Source of the DNA: an uncultured Bacteroidales bacterium
GTDB taxonomy: Bacteria; Bacteroidota; Bacteroidia; Bacteroidales; ML635J-15
Assembly: GCA_964511665.1 (NCBI GenBank)
Contig: CAZEHA010000006.1
Span: 17,182-81,181 of the forward strand
Reading direction: 5' to 3'
DNA: 64,000 nt
Part shown: positions 48,997 through 58,225 of the stretch, in pieces
Numbering within the stretch: position 1 is the stretch's first letter
Layout of the letters: every line of letters starts with the position of its first letter
The notes under the pieces: generated by a model
Seen by the model: the letters and a program-made list of their open reading frames with translations, nothing else
Databases searched by the model: none
Told to the model about the DNA's origin: nothing
Position numbers and translations under genes: made by a program

Positions 48997-49415
48997 AAAC
49001 AATTGCTTTTTTTATGATTTTGATTGGCGTCATCGCTGAACATACGCTGGCACAACAGCACAGCCTTACTATTGTAATTCGGAATGTGCAAACCGATATG
49101 GGAAGCATCATGATTGGTATTTATAACGAATCACAAAGCTTTCCGAAAGAGGGCAGGGCTTATAAGGACATCAGAATTAAACCCGAACTGCCAGTCACTC
49201 GTTTCCAAATTGAATTGCCCGAGGGTGTTTATGCCATTTGTCTTTGTCATGATGTGAATAACGACCGAAAGTGCAACACCGATTTACTCGGAAGACCCAA
49301 AGAACCATTTGGTTTTTCGAATAACCTCAAACCAAAATTTTCGGCTCCCGGCTTTACCGAAACATCATTCAGCCTGAAATGTAACCGTGAAGTCAGTATT
49401 ACATTAATTGATTGA
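48993..49415 (+). CDS. DUF2141-family secreted protein
   Basis: ATG at 48993 overlaps the MMPL stop (ATGA). It has signal peptide MKTIAFFMILIGVIAEHTLA and the motifs HD.N.D.K.....LG.P.E.FGFSNN typical of DUF2141. Confidence 0.8.
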   Translation: MKTIAFFMILIGVIAEHTLAQQHSLTIVIRNVQTDMGSIMIGIYNESQSFPKEGRAYKDIRIKPELPVTRFQIELPEGVYAICLCHDVNNDRKCNTDLLGRPKEPFGFSNNLKPKFSAPGFTETSFSLKCNREVSITLID

Positions 49416-49442
49416 AATAATAACTTTAAAAACAATAATACT

Positions 49443-50219
49443 ATGAAAACCAACATTATGTTACTAGCCTGCTTGCTTATAAGCTTTGCAGCAATGTCGC
49501 AATCGGCACGCGAAATCAGCGATAAAGCAGCCAAAACGGTAGAAATCAGCACTTTCGAAATGGCACAAACTCTTAAAATAATTGATGCCAAAGGCAACGA
49601 ACGCATTCAGAAAACCAGCAGTAAAAGCCTAAAGACTGCCGATGGAACCAAAACTCTTATGGTGTTTAATGCCCCTGCCGATGTTGCCGGCACTTCGATG
49701 TTGATTTACGATTACGATGTAAAAGAAGATGATATGTGGATTTATTTGCCGGCTTTGCGCAAAACGCGGCGTATTGTCAGCACCGAAAAAGGCCAGAGTT
49801 TCATGGGGTCTGAATTTACCAATGCCGATATGGGCAAACCCAATCCCGATGATTTCAATTACGCATTGCTGGCCGAAACCAATGTAGAGGGAGTTGCTTG
49901 CTATTCGGTTGAAATGACTGTGAAAAACAAAGATGTGGCTCGCCAACTGGGTTATTCAAAAAAAATCAATTACATCGATAAAACTAAATTTGTAGTGTAT
50001 AAAATCGACCATTACGATGCATCCGGCAAGCTGTTGAAAACGCTCAGCCTGAGTAATTACGAACTGATTGATGCTGCCAAAAAGAAATACTTCGCACGCA
50101 ACATGCAAATGATGAACCATCAAACCAAGCGTAAGTCAATTATCGTTATCGATAACATAAACACCAAAACCAGCATCGACGAAAAAAGCCTAAGCCCCAC
50201 CATGCTGGGCGCCGGATAA
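49443..50219 (+). CDS. LolA-like outer-membrane lipoprotein-sorting family protein
   Basis: It has a signal peptide and the motif MWIYLPALRKTRRIVSTEKGQSFMGSEFTNADM, recalled from the LolA_like family. It lies 27 nt after the DUF2141 gene. Confidence 0.8.
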   Translation: MKTNIMLLACLLISFAAMSQSAREISDKAAKTVEISTFEMAQTLKIIDAKGNERIQKTSSKSLKTADGTKTLMVFNAPADVAGTSMLIYDYDVKEDDMWIYLPALRKTRRIVSTEKGQSFMGSEFTNADMGKPNPDDFNYALLAETNVEGVACYSVEMTVKNKDVARQLGYSKKINYIDKTKFVVYKIDHYDASGKLLKTLSLSNYELIDAAKKKYFARNMQMMNHQTKRKSIIVIDNINTKTSIDEKSLSPTMLGAG

Positions 50220-50349
50220 TCTTTACATCAGTTTAGAAGCAATTTATCGCGTCTCAACATTGCCAAGCTGTTTCAATGCATCATCATGTCCAGCTGATGA
50301 ACAGAATTGCTTATCCCGATTCTTTTCTTAATTTTGACGCTGAAATACC

Positions 50350-50982
50350 ATGGTAATGATACATCTTCAGGAATACAATTTACCCGATGTTGTGTATATG
50401 CGCTCGGTGCGTGAAGGGGTTTTTACCTGGGTTCCCGATCAAACCTATGTAGTATTGGGTCAGCGCGACAAGCCGGAACAGGCTTTGGTTGACAATCAAT
50501 CCTTATATTCAAATATTGTTGTGGTGAAACGCCTCAGTGGTGGTCATAGTGTGGTGCTTACGCCACTAACACTGGTGTTGTCGGTACATGCTGTAAGCCC
50601 TGATATTTCGCGAACCAAGGCATGGTTTAACTCATGCAGTGCGTCATTACTCGAAGCACTGCAACTTTGTGGGGTCTACAAGGCAGCCATTGGAGGTGTT
50701 TCGGATATTTCAATCGGTGGTCGGAAAATTTTGGGAAGCAGTGTATATAGATCGAAAGAAATTATCTTTTGGCATGCTGTGCTTAATGTGGCCGAATCGC
50801 CCTACTTCATTTCATCTTTGCTGGCACATCCTGCCACCGAACCCCAATACCGAAACAAACGCAGTCATCATGAGTTTATAACTTCGGTTGTGGAGCATTA
50901 TCCAGAGTTTAACGTAGATGTGTTTCGGCATAAATTCGAAAAGATAGTGAGTACTCAGATGCTATCGGGCACTACCCTATGA
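50350..50982 (+). CDS. biotin/lipoate A/B protein ligase-family protein (stand-alone catalytic-type domain)
   Basis: VVKRLSGGHSVVL and GGRKILGSSVYRSKEIIFWHAVLNV resemble LplA/LipB-family core motifs. Moderate certainty. Confidence 0.65.
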   Translation: MVMIHLQEYNLPDVVYMRSVREGVFTWVPDQTYVVLGQRDKPEQALVDNQSLYSNIVVVKRLSGGHSVVLTPLTLVLSVHAVSPDISRTKAWFNSCSASLLEALQLCGVYKAAIGGVSDISIGGRKILGSSVYRSKEIIFWHAVLNVAESPYFISSLLAHPATEPQYRNKRSHHEFITSVVEHYPEFNVDVFRHKFEKIVSTQMLSGTTL

Positions 50983-50984
50983 TG

Positions 50985-51749
50985 CTATAGCACGTCTCTC
51001 TGCCAAATTTCGAATGCCTTGTCGGCTTGTTCATACAGCATGGTCAGTCCATTGGCCACAGCAGCTCCGCGTTCAGCGCTTTTTTTCATAAAAAGGGTTT
51101 CTTCCGGATTATACACCAGGTCGATGCAAATGTGTTCCCCACCAATGCCTTCGTAGGGTATTGCCGGAAAATCGTGGTAGTGAGGGTGCATTCCAACAGG
51201 CGAGGCATTAACAATAAGCTTGTGTTCAGCAATTAAACGTGCATTCAGTTGCGAATAGCTTATCCTATTGCGAGAGCTATCTTTTCTTGTTACAAATTTA
51301 TAGTCGATCCCCATTTCTTTTAAGGCGAAAGCGGTGGTCTTGCCCGACCCACCCGACCCCAATATCAAGGCTTTTTGAATGCCCTGTGGCGACATCGACA
51401 ATAAGAGTTTTCGCAGTCCATCTATGTCGGTATTATAGCCTTTCAGGTTATACATATCGTCTTCCCTGAAAATGCTAATGGTGTTTACCGTTCCAATTTT
51501 TAAAACCAAAGGGTCAACTTCGCTTAGATAGGGTATAACAAATTCTTTGTAGGGTGTAGTAACATTGAGACCAACCAAATTCCTATGACTGCGCACCAAA
51601 TTGTGAATCTTACTAAGATCGCTAAGCGGAAAGGTTTGATAGGCTGCATTTGTAATACCCAGCTCTTGAAACTTTTTTGCGAAATAGGTTTTTGAGTAGG
51701 AGTGACCTAGCGGATATCCGATTAAAGCAAATTCTTTCTTACTTTCCAT
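50985..51749 (-). CDS. aroE: shikimate dehydrogenase
   Basis: It has FALIGYPLGHSYSKTYF, NVTTPYK and ILGSGGSGKT. The ATG at 51749 is preferred over the TTG at 51755. Confidence 0.9.
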   Translation of the reverse strand: MESKKEFALIGYPLGHSYSKTYFAKKFQELGITNAAYQTFPLSDLSKIHNLVRSHRNLVGLNVTTPYKEFVIPYLSEVDPLVLKIGTVNTISIFREDDMYNLKGYNTDIDGLRKLLLSMSPQGIQKALILGSGGSGKTTAFALKEMGIDYKFVTRKDSSRNRISYSQLNARLIAEHKLIVNASPVGMHPHYHDFPAIPYEGIGGEHICIDLVYNPEETLFMKKSAERGAAVANGLTMLYEQADKAFEIWQRDVL

Positions 51750-52662
51750 TATCAACCTCCTTTTTCGATACTGCTTTTTCCATAAGCCAAATGCTAGCTA
51801 TGCCAACGAGAATAAAAAAAACAGCCACAAACATTTCGGTATTTACTTCGGGTAAATTCCATTGATAACCCGTTACTTTTGTCTTTTCACCGAACTCTTG
51901 AATCAATTCTGTTTTCCATGGCCAAAGAATAAGCAGTGAACCTAAAATAAACCCTGTAATTCCCGAAATGGTTTGATTTCGGAATTTGCGAAACACCCAC
52001 GATAAAACATACGAGAAGCCAAGTAAGCCAACACCGGCACCTATTACCAGTGGTAACAAGATATCGAGTCGTACCTGAGTAATTGCTTCTATCATAACCA
52101 GTTCGTAATTGCCCATTAAAATGAGAATAAAAGAACCTGAAAGACCAGGAAGTATCATACTGCAAGCGGCCACAACGCCGCACAAAAACACATAGAATAT
52201 ATTATCGTTCTGGCTGGCCGGACTCAACAACGAAACTGAAGCTGCCATGGCTGCTCCTGCAACAAACACTAGTATAGTTACAGCGTTCCACTTATCTATT
52301 TTACGGCTCACAAAATACACCGATGCCAACACCAGTCCAAAGAAGAATGACCATAGATATACCGGATAGTTTTCGAACAGGTATTCGAATAATTTGGCTA
52401 TCGAAATAATGGCAATACCAATGCCCAGAAACACATAAACCAAGAATGCAAAGTCGATGTGTTTCAAGAAACTTGTAAACTTCCCCGACAGCAGCAGTTT
52501 TAAGGCCGTAAGGTTAAACGATTTAATTGCATGAATCAACCTTTCGAAAATACCGGTGATAAAGGCAATAGTACCACCCGAAACACCTGGTATTACATTG
52601 GCTGCACCCATTGCCATGCCTTTGAAAATCAGCGAAATAGCTTCCTTGGTCTTTGGTTTCAT
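51739..52662 (-). CDS. DUF368 domain-containing membrane protein
   Basis: It has a duplicated PG.SGG/SGS motif (NVIPGVSGGTIAFI and ILPGLSGSFILIL). The start is trimmed to the ATG at 52662. It overlaps aroE by 11 nt. Confidence 0.88.
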   Translation of the reverse strand: MKPKTKEAISLIFKGMAMGAANVIPGVSGGTIAFITGIFERLIHAIKSFNLTALKLLLSGKFTSFLKHIDFAFLVYVFLGIGIAIISIAKLFEYLFENYPVYLWSFFFGLVLASVYFVSRKIDKWNAVTILVFVAGAAMAASVSLLSPASQNDNIFYVFLCGVVAACSMILPGLSGSFILILMGNYELVMIEAITQVRLDILLPLVIGAGVGLLGFSYVLSWVFRKFRNQTISGITGFILGSLLILWPWKTELIQEFGEKTKVTGYQWNLPEVNTEMFVAVFFILVGIASIWLMEKAVSKKEVDNGK

Positions 52663-52784
52663 GCTGCATTGTTTCTGGCGGCAAAAATACGTAAAAATCA
52701 ATACAATTCCTCAAGCGGTATTAGCAAGACTCATTTTATTTGTATGCTAATTGACATGTAAACGTGCAACTTCGCGAAGTTTAC

Positions 52785-52792
52785 TAATTTTG
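52785..52792 (+). promoter_or_regulatory. candidate -7 box (TAATTTTG)
   Basis: It matches TAnnTTTG 45 nt upstream of the ATG at 52838. Confidence 0.3.
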
Positions 52793-52837
52793 CAATTGAA
52801 AATACAATTATAACAAGTACATTTTTATTTAATACCA

Positions 52838-55789
52838 ATGGACGTGTCAACAAAAGACAAGAATAGAATAGATGTTTTACACAGTTTGCAACAACGCTTG
52901 TTGGGAGAATTATACACATCAGATATTTTTCTGAAAATGTATGCTACCGATGCATCGGCCTACAAAGAAGAACCCATTGCAGTTGTTGTTCCCCATAATA
53001 TCAACGATATTAAAGAAACCATTTTGTTTGCCCGTGAGCATCAGTTGCCGGTAATTCCACGTGCTGCCGGTACTTCGTTGGCCGGTCAGGTAGTGGGTAA
53101 CGGTATTGTGATTGATATTTCTAAGAATTTCGATAAAATAATCGAACTAAACCTTACAGAGAAATGGGTGAAAGTGGAGCCGGGGGTCGTTCTCGATGAG
53201 TTAAATATGGAGCTGGCACCCCATGGCTTGTTTTTTGGACCCGAGACTTCTACTTCAAATCGTTGCATGATAGCCGGAATGGTGGGGAACAACTCGTGTG
53301 GCGCCCATTCTCTTATTTATGGCAGCACACGCGACCATACTCTCGAAATGGAATGCATATTGAGCGATGGCTCCGAGGTGTGCTTTAAAGCAATTGGTAA
53401 AGAAGAATTTGATGCCAAATGCAAGATGAACAGCCTCGAAGGTGATATTTACCGTAATGTTCGCGATTTGTTGATTCAGCCTGATAACCAAGCCGAAATA
53501 GTGTCGAATTATCCCGATATGGAAATCAAAAGGCGTAACACCGGTTATGCTCTCGATTTGTTGCTCGACACCGAAATATTTGGCAATTCATCCGAGAAAT
53601 TTAATTTCTGTAAACTGCTGGCCGGCTCCGAAGGTACCTTGGCATTTACTACATCGGTTACACTGAATCTGGTGCCTTTGCCTCCCAAAAACAAGGCACT
53701 GGTATGTGTACACACCCACACGCTAAAAGAAGCTTTCGAAGCCAATCTTATTGCACTTAAGTACAATCCGGGCTCAGTAGAGCTTATGGATAAGAAAGTG
53801 CTCGATTTAACCAAAGAGAATATTACTCAAAACCGCAATCGCTTTTTTGTTGAAGGCGACCCCGAGGCCATACTCATTGTTGAATGGGCACGCGAAAGCA
53901 TCGAAGAAATACAGGAACTGGCAGCGCAGATGGAAGTGGAAATGAGAAGTGCCGGCTATGGGTATGCGTTCCCTATGATTACCGGTTCCGATATCCCAAA
54001 AGTATGGAACCTGCGCAAGGCAGGCTTGGGGGTGTTGTCGAATATGCCCGGTGACCTGAAGCCCGTGCCGGTTATTGAAGATACGGCTGTGGCTCCGCGA
54101 TTTCTGCCTGCTTATATGGAGGAATTTGAACTCGTTCTTGAGAAACTGAAACTTGAGTGCGTGTATTATGCTCACATTGGAACAGGCGAACTTCACCTGC
54201 GTCCTGTGCTAAATCTGAAAGACCCTGCCCATGTAGAAATGTTTCGTACCATAGCTTACGAAACAGCCTTGCTGGTGAAAAAATACAGGGGTTCGCTCAG
54301 TGGTGAACATGGCGATGGGCGTTTACGCGGTGAGTTTATTCCGTTGGTGTTGGGCGAAAAAGTGTATGCTATGCTAAAAAGCGTAAAGAATACATGGGAT
54401 GCCGAGGGTGTTTTCAATCCGAATAAAATTGTTGATACACCGGCAATGAACAGTAACCTGCGATTCACTCCCGGTATGGGCACACCCGAAATCGAAACTG
54501 TTTTCGATTTCTCGGCTACCGGCGGTATTTTGCGTACTGCCGAGAAATGCAATGGCTCGGGCGATTGCCGTAAGTCATACATTATTGGCGGAAGCCTCTG
54601 TCCCAGTTTTCAGTACACCCGCGATGAAATGCACTCTACACGAGCACGTGCCAACATCATTCGCGAAGTATTGACTCATTCCGACAAAAAAAATCGATTC
54701 GATTCCGAAGAAATATATCAGGTGCTCGACCTTTGTTTGGTGTGCAAGGCTTGTAAGTCGGAGTGCCCTTCGGGTGTGGATGTTGCCAAGCTTAAAATGG
54801 AGTTTCTGCAGCACTACTACGATGCTCATGGCATTCCATTGCGTACTCGTGCCATTGCCTATTTGCCTGTAATACATCGCTTGGCATTGCCATTTAGAGG
54901 TATTGCAAATGTTGTTATGGCAAATTCGTTGCTGTCGGGAATGATGAAGAAGATAATACATTTTGCGCCAAAACGTGAATTCCCACTAATGCATAAGCCT
55001 GCACTAAAACAATGGGCTGCTGCTCACGCTGCTACAATCAGGCCTGAAAAGGCAAAGAAAACAGTGTATTTATTCAACGATGAGTTTACCAATTTTCTCG
55101 ATGCAAACACGGGTATTGCTGCCATACAGTTGTTGAATGCACTGGGTTACGCCGTTGTTATTCCAAAAACCGTTGAAAGTGCTCGTACATGGTTGTCGAA
55201 AGGCCTGCTGCGAACCGCCAAAAAGTTGGCTAATAAAAACATTGCATTGCTCAAAGACCTTATAAGCGAAGAAACACCGCTGATTGGGCTTGAGCCTTCG
55301 GCATTGCTCGGATTTCGCGACGAATACCCCGATTTGGCAGGACCATCGCTTAAAGAAGCCGCCAGATGTATCGCAAAAAATGCATTGCTGTTCGAAGAGT
55401 TTATTGCAATGGAGATGGATAAAGGTAATATTACCTCCGATATGTTTACCGATGAAGCCAAAACGCTGAAATTTCATGGGCATTGTCAGCAAAAAGCCAT
55501 TACCACTACAATTGCAACCAAAAAGGCACTGAGCTTGCCGCGCAATTACTCGGTGAGCGAAATTCCATCGGGTTGTTGCGGTATGGCAGGGTCGTTTGGT
55601 TACGAAAAAGAACACTACGAGGTGTCGATGGGTATTGGCGAAATGGTCTTGTTTCCTGCGATACGCTTAAGCAGCCACGACACCATTATTGTTGCGGCCG
55701 GCACCAGTTGTCGTTGCCAGATAAAAGATGGAACCGGCTTTCAGGCTCTGCATCCGGCTGAAGTGTTATTTATGGCACTTAAAAAATAA
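52838..55789 (+). CDS. FAD-binding and (Fe-S)-binding oxidoreductase (GlcD-like + GlpC-like fusion, YdiJ type)
   Basis: 983 aa. It has an N-terminal FAD_binding_4 domain (PRAAGTSLAGQ), a central CxxCxxCxxxCP, and C-terminal CCG-type cysteine motifs. Confidence 0.9.
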   Translation: MDVSTKDKNRIDVLHSLQQRLLGELYTSDIFLKMYATDASAYKEEPIAVVVPHNINDIKETILFAREHQLPVIPRAAGTSLAGQVVGNGIVIDISKNFDKIIELNLTEKWVKVEPGVVLDELNMELAPHGLFFGPETSTSNRCMIAGMVGNNSCGAHSLIYGSTRDHTLEMECILSDGSEVCFKAIGKEEFDAKCKMNSLEGDIYRNVRDLLIQPDNQAEIVSNYPDMEIKRRNTGYALDLLLDTEIFGNSSEKFNFCKLLAGSEGTLAFTTSVTLNLVPLPPKNKALVCVHTHTLKEAFEANLIALKYNPGSVELMDKKVLDLTKENITQNRNRFFVEGDPEAILIVEWARESIEEIQELAAQMEVEMRSAGYGYAFPMITGSDIPKVWNLRKAGLGVLSNMPGDLKPVPVIEDTAVAPRFLPAYMEEFELVLEKLKLECVYYAHIGTGELHLRPVLNLKDPAHVEMFRTIAYETALLVKKYRGSLSGEHGDGRLRGEFIPLVLGEKVYAMLKSVKNTWDAEGVFNPNKIVDTPAMNSNLRFTPGMGTPEIETVFDFSATGGILRTAEKCNGSGDCRKSYIIGGSLCPSFQYTRDEMHSTRARANIIREVLTHSDKKNRFDSEEIYQVLDLCLVCKACKSECPSGVDVAKLKMEFLQHYYDAHGIPLRTRAIAYLPVIHRLALPFRGIANVVMANSLLSGMMKKIIHFAPKREFPLMHKPALKQWAAAHAATIRPEKAKKTVYLFNDEFTNFLDANTGIAAIQLLNALGYAVVIPKTVESARTWLSKGLLRTAKKLANKNIALLKDLISEETPLIGLEPSALLGFRDEYPDLAGPSLKEAARCIAKNALLFEEFIAMEMDKGNITSDMFTDEAKTLKFHGHCQQKAITTTIATKKALSLPRNYSVSEIPSGCCGMAGSFGYEKEHYEVSMGIGEMVLFPAIRLSSHDTIIVAAGTSCRCQIKDGTGFQALHPAEVLFMALKK

Positions 55790-55793
55790 CACA

Positions 55794-56744
55794 ATGGCAG
55801 GTATTGCATTCAATGCGCAAAAACCATGGAACGATTATGCTTCATATCTCAGGAAGCGCTTTGGTGCACGTGTGCAAAAAATTTCGGTCGATGCCGGATT
55901 TACCTGCCCCAATCGCGACGGTACATTGTCGTTTTCGGGTTGTGTGTATTGCAACAACAAAACCTTTAATCCTTTTTACTGTTCTCCAAACAAAAGTATA
56001 ACTCAACAACTTGCCGAAGGCATTGCTTTTTTTGGAGCCAAATACAAAACTCAGAAATATTTGGCTTATTTTCAGGCTTATAGCAATACATACAATAGCA
56101 CAGAGCATTGCATGGCACTGTACGAAGAGGCTTTATCGGTTGATGGTGTGATAGGGCTGGTAATTGCTACACGACCCGATTGTGTGAGCGACGAATTGCT
56201 CAACGAAATTGCACATATTGCTCAACGAAAATATGTGGTAATAGAGTATGGTGCCGAAAGTACACTGAATACGACGCTAGAACTGATAAATCGTTGCCAT
56301 ACTTACGAACAAACCATTGATGCAGTTATTCGTACACATCGTAATGGTATTTATACCGGTTTACATCTTATTATGGGTTTGCCCGGCGAAAGCATTGCCG
56401 ATATGCTTGGTCATGCTGAAGCCGTGTCGGAATTGCCCTTGCACACCGTTAAATTGCATCAGCTTCAAATAATACGAGGCACCAAAGCAGAAGATATATA
56501 TAGAGAAAACCCCAATCTGTTTACCTTGTTTGGTGTTGACGAGTATGTGAGATTGGTTGCGCGATTTTTGGCACGACTGCACCCCGGTATCATGCCCGAC
56601 CGTTTTTCGGGAGAATCGCCCCGTGAACTGCTGTTAGCACCCGACTGGCAGGGGCTTAAGAATTTTGAACTGCTGCATAGAATTGAAAAGTACATGAATG
56701 CGAATGATTTGAAGCAGGCCTGTAGCTTTAAAAAAAAGTATTAA
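55794..56744 (+). CDS. TIGR01212-family radical SAM protein
   Basis: ATG at 55794 gives RVQKISVDAGFTCPNRDG...GCVYCN, the family signature. It starts 4 nt after the preceding stop. Confidence 0.88.
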   Translation: MAGIAFNAQKPWNDYASYLRKRFGARVQKISVDAGFTCPNRDGTLSFSGCVYCNNKTFNPFYCSPNKSITQQLAEGIAFFGAKYKTQKYLAYFQAYSNTYNSTEHCMALYEEALSVDGVIGLVIATRPDCVSDELLNEIAHIAQRKYVVIEYGAESTLNTTLELINRCHTYEQTIDAVIRTHRNGIYTGLHLIMGLPGESIADMLGHAEAVSELPLHTVKLHQLQIIRGTKAEDIYRENPNLFTLFGVDEYVRLVARFLARLHPGIMPDRFSGESPRELLLAPDWQGLKNFELLHRIEKYMNANDLKQACSFKKKY

Positions 56745-56783
56745 TGCTGTAATCTCGTTGTTGAATTATTTGTGGTTTTATTA

Positions 56784-56791
56784 TATATTTG
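56784..56791 (+). promoter_or_regulatory. candidate -7 box (TATATTTG)
   Basis: It matches TAnnTTTG 26 nt upstream of the ATG at 56818. Confidence 0.3.
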
Positions 56792-56817
56792 CATTAATTA
56801 CTTAAATTTTAAATGCT

Positions 56818-57411
56818 ATGAATAAAGTCATGTTATGCATTGTTTTAGCACTCACAATGCTGTTGTTTTCATCGTGTGATGATGAAATTACAGATACCAG
56901 TTTGGAGGTTATTGTAAAAGACAATTTGGGAAATCCGGTTGAAGGTGCTAGTGTTAAGTTATATTTGGAATATAGCGATTTACAGAATGGCATTGACCAA
57001 ATTGGAACAACTCAAATAACTAATACTGAAGGTAAGGCAGTTTTTACGGGTCTTTCTCCGGTAAAATACTATTGGTTTGCCGAAAAGGAGTGTTTTAATA
57101 ATTACAATGGTGCTGTTACTACAGCCGAAAGTTTAACAGAGGGAGTGAAAAATATTGTTAATTGTATTGTCTCTCAAACAGGAACCATTAAAATGGTCTC
57201 AACTTCTACCAACCCATATAAAGTTTATTTCAACGGTAGTTATGTATTCGATGTTGCAGGGGGGCAAACTTTTTATAGCTTCTATAAACCCACAGGTTCG
57301 TATTCAATAAGGGTGCTTCAAATAAGTGGTTATTTGATTTATCCAACCGATGAAACTTATTCAACAACCTTGTCTTGTGGCGAAACTGTTACTGTAACAT
57401 TTCCACAATAA
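56818..57411 (+). CDS. hypothetical lipoprotein with carboxypeptidase-regulatory-like domain
   Basis: It has a signal peptide with the lipobox LFSSC, and the segment LEVIVKDNLGNPVEGASVKLY. Confidence 0.65.
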   Translation: MNKVMLCIVLALTMLLFSSCDDEITDTSLEVIVKDNLGNPVEGASVKLYLEYSDLQNGIDQIGTTQITNTEGKAVFTGLSPVKYYWFAEKECFNNYNGAVTTAESLTEGVKNIVNCIVSQTGTIKMVSTSTNPYKVYFNGSYVFDVAGGQTFYSFYKPTGSYSIRVLQISGYLIYPTDETYSTTLSCGETVTVTFPQ

Positions 57412-57493
57412 TCTTTTAAGTTGTTGTGGAAATGTTATAATTTCTTCATGCTGTTTAAGGTTTTACTTATAATAGCAAGAATACATCAATCGA

Positions 57494-57964
57494 CTATACC
57501 AGTTTAATCGGCTTTTTGTCGCCGGGGTCGAGAGCAGCAGCCTTAACATCAACATCTGCTTTTACGAAATACTCCGATTTTTCACCGGCAGCAAACGCTC
57601 CCATTTTGCCTAATGTTCCCAGTGCGCCTCCTTTTTCTTTCAGTTCGTCGTTGCTCGATTTAAGAATGGTGTAGGGTAGGGTAAAGGCTATTTCTTTGGT
57701 TTCGCCCGGAGCAATGGCAAATGTAGCCTGACCGGTACACATACCCAGTTCGAATTCCTTGGTTTTTTTGTCGTCGCCACGCCCTGTGGTGTACTCTTCA
57801 ATCATTTTTACCTTATACGAAACTACTTCTTGTTCGCTTTTGGTAGTTAAAACAATTTTACCATCGATTGAACCATCGGCTTTTGGAGCCTGTCCGGGAA
57901 TTTGCAACTCAACTTTTACGCCACCAATTCCCATTTTGTTTTTTAAGTTTTGAAAAAATCCCAT
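57494..57964 (-). CDS. SpoOM-like (sporulation-control family) small protein
   Basis: The N-terminus MGFFQNLKNKMGIGGVKVELQI...IDGKIVL resembles the SpoOM family N-terminus. Moderate certainty. Confidence 0.65.
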   Translation of the reverse strand: MGFFQNLKNKMGIGGVKVELQIPGQAPKADGSIDGKIVLTTKSEQEVVSYKVKMIEEYTTGRGDDKKTKEFELGMCTGQATFAIAPGETKEIAFTLPYTILKSSNDELKEKGGALGTLGKMGAFAAGEKSEYFVKADVDVKAAALDPGDKKPIKLV

Positions 57965-58225
57965 TTCATGTACATATTTAGTAGTTAATAATATGCGAAT
58001 TTATAACAATCGAATTGAATCGCCTATTCCTTTTATTCGTTTTTTTAACAAAACTATGCGTCGTTTTTAGGTCTAGGTTGTTCTGTGCATATCTTGGTAA
58101 TATCAATATTATCAAGAACATTTTGTGCATATTCAAGTTATATTATTATACATGGTACGATATTCGATTTTTGCCATTTTGAAAAATAGTTATATTTTGT
58201 TAACCTGTTACTAGTAAATAAATTT

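Noticed and set aside
57965-58225. Possible riboswitch or leader upstream of the AbgT transporter
   Set aside because: The 261-bp spacer is AT-rich with no GC-rich paired elements or known riboswitch cores that I could recognise. It is more simply a divergent promoter region.
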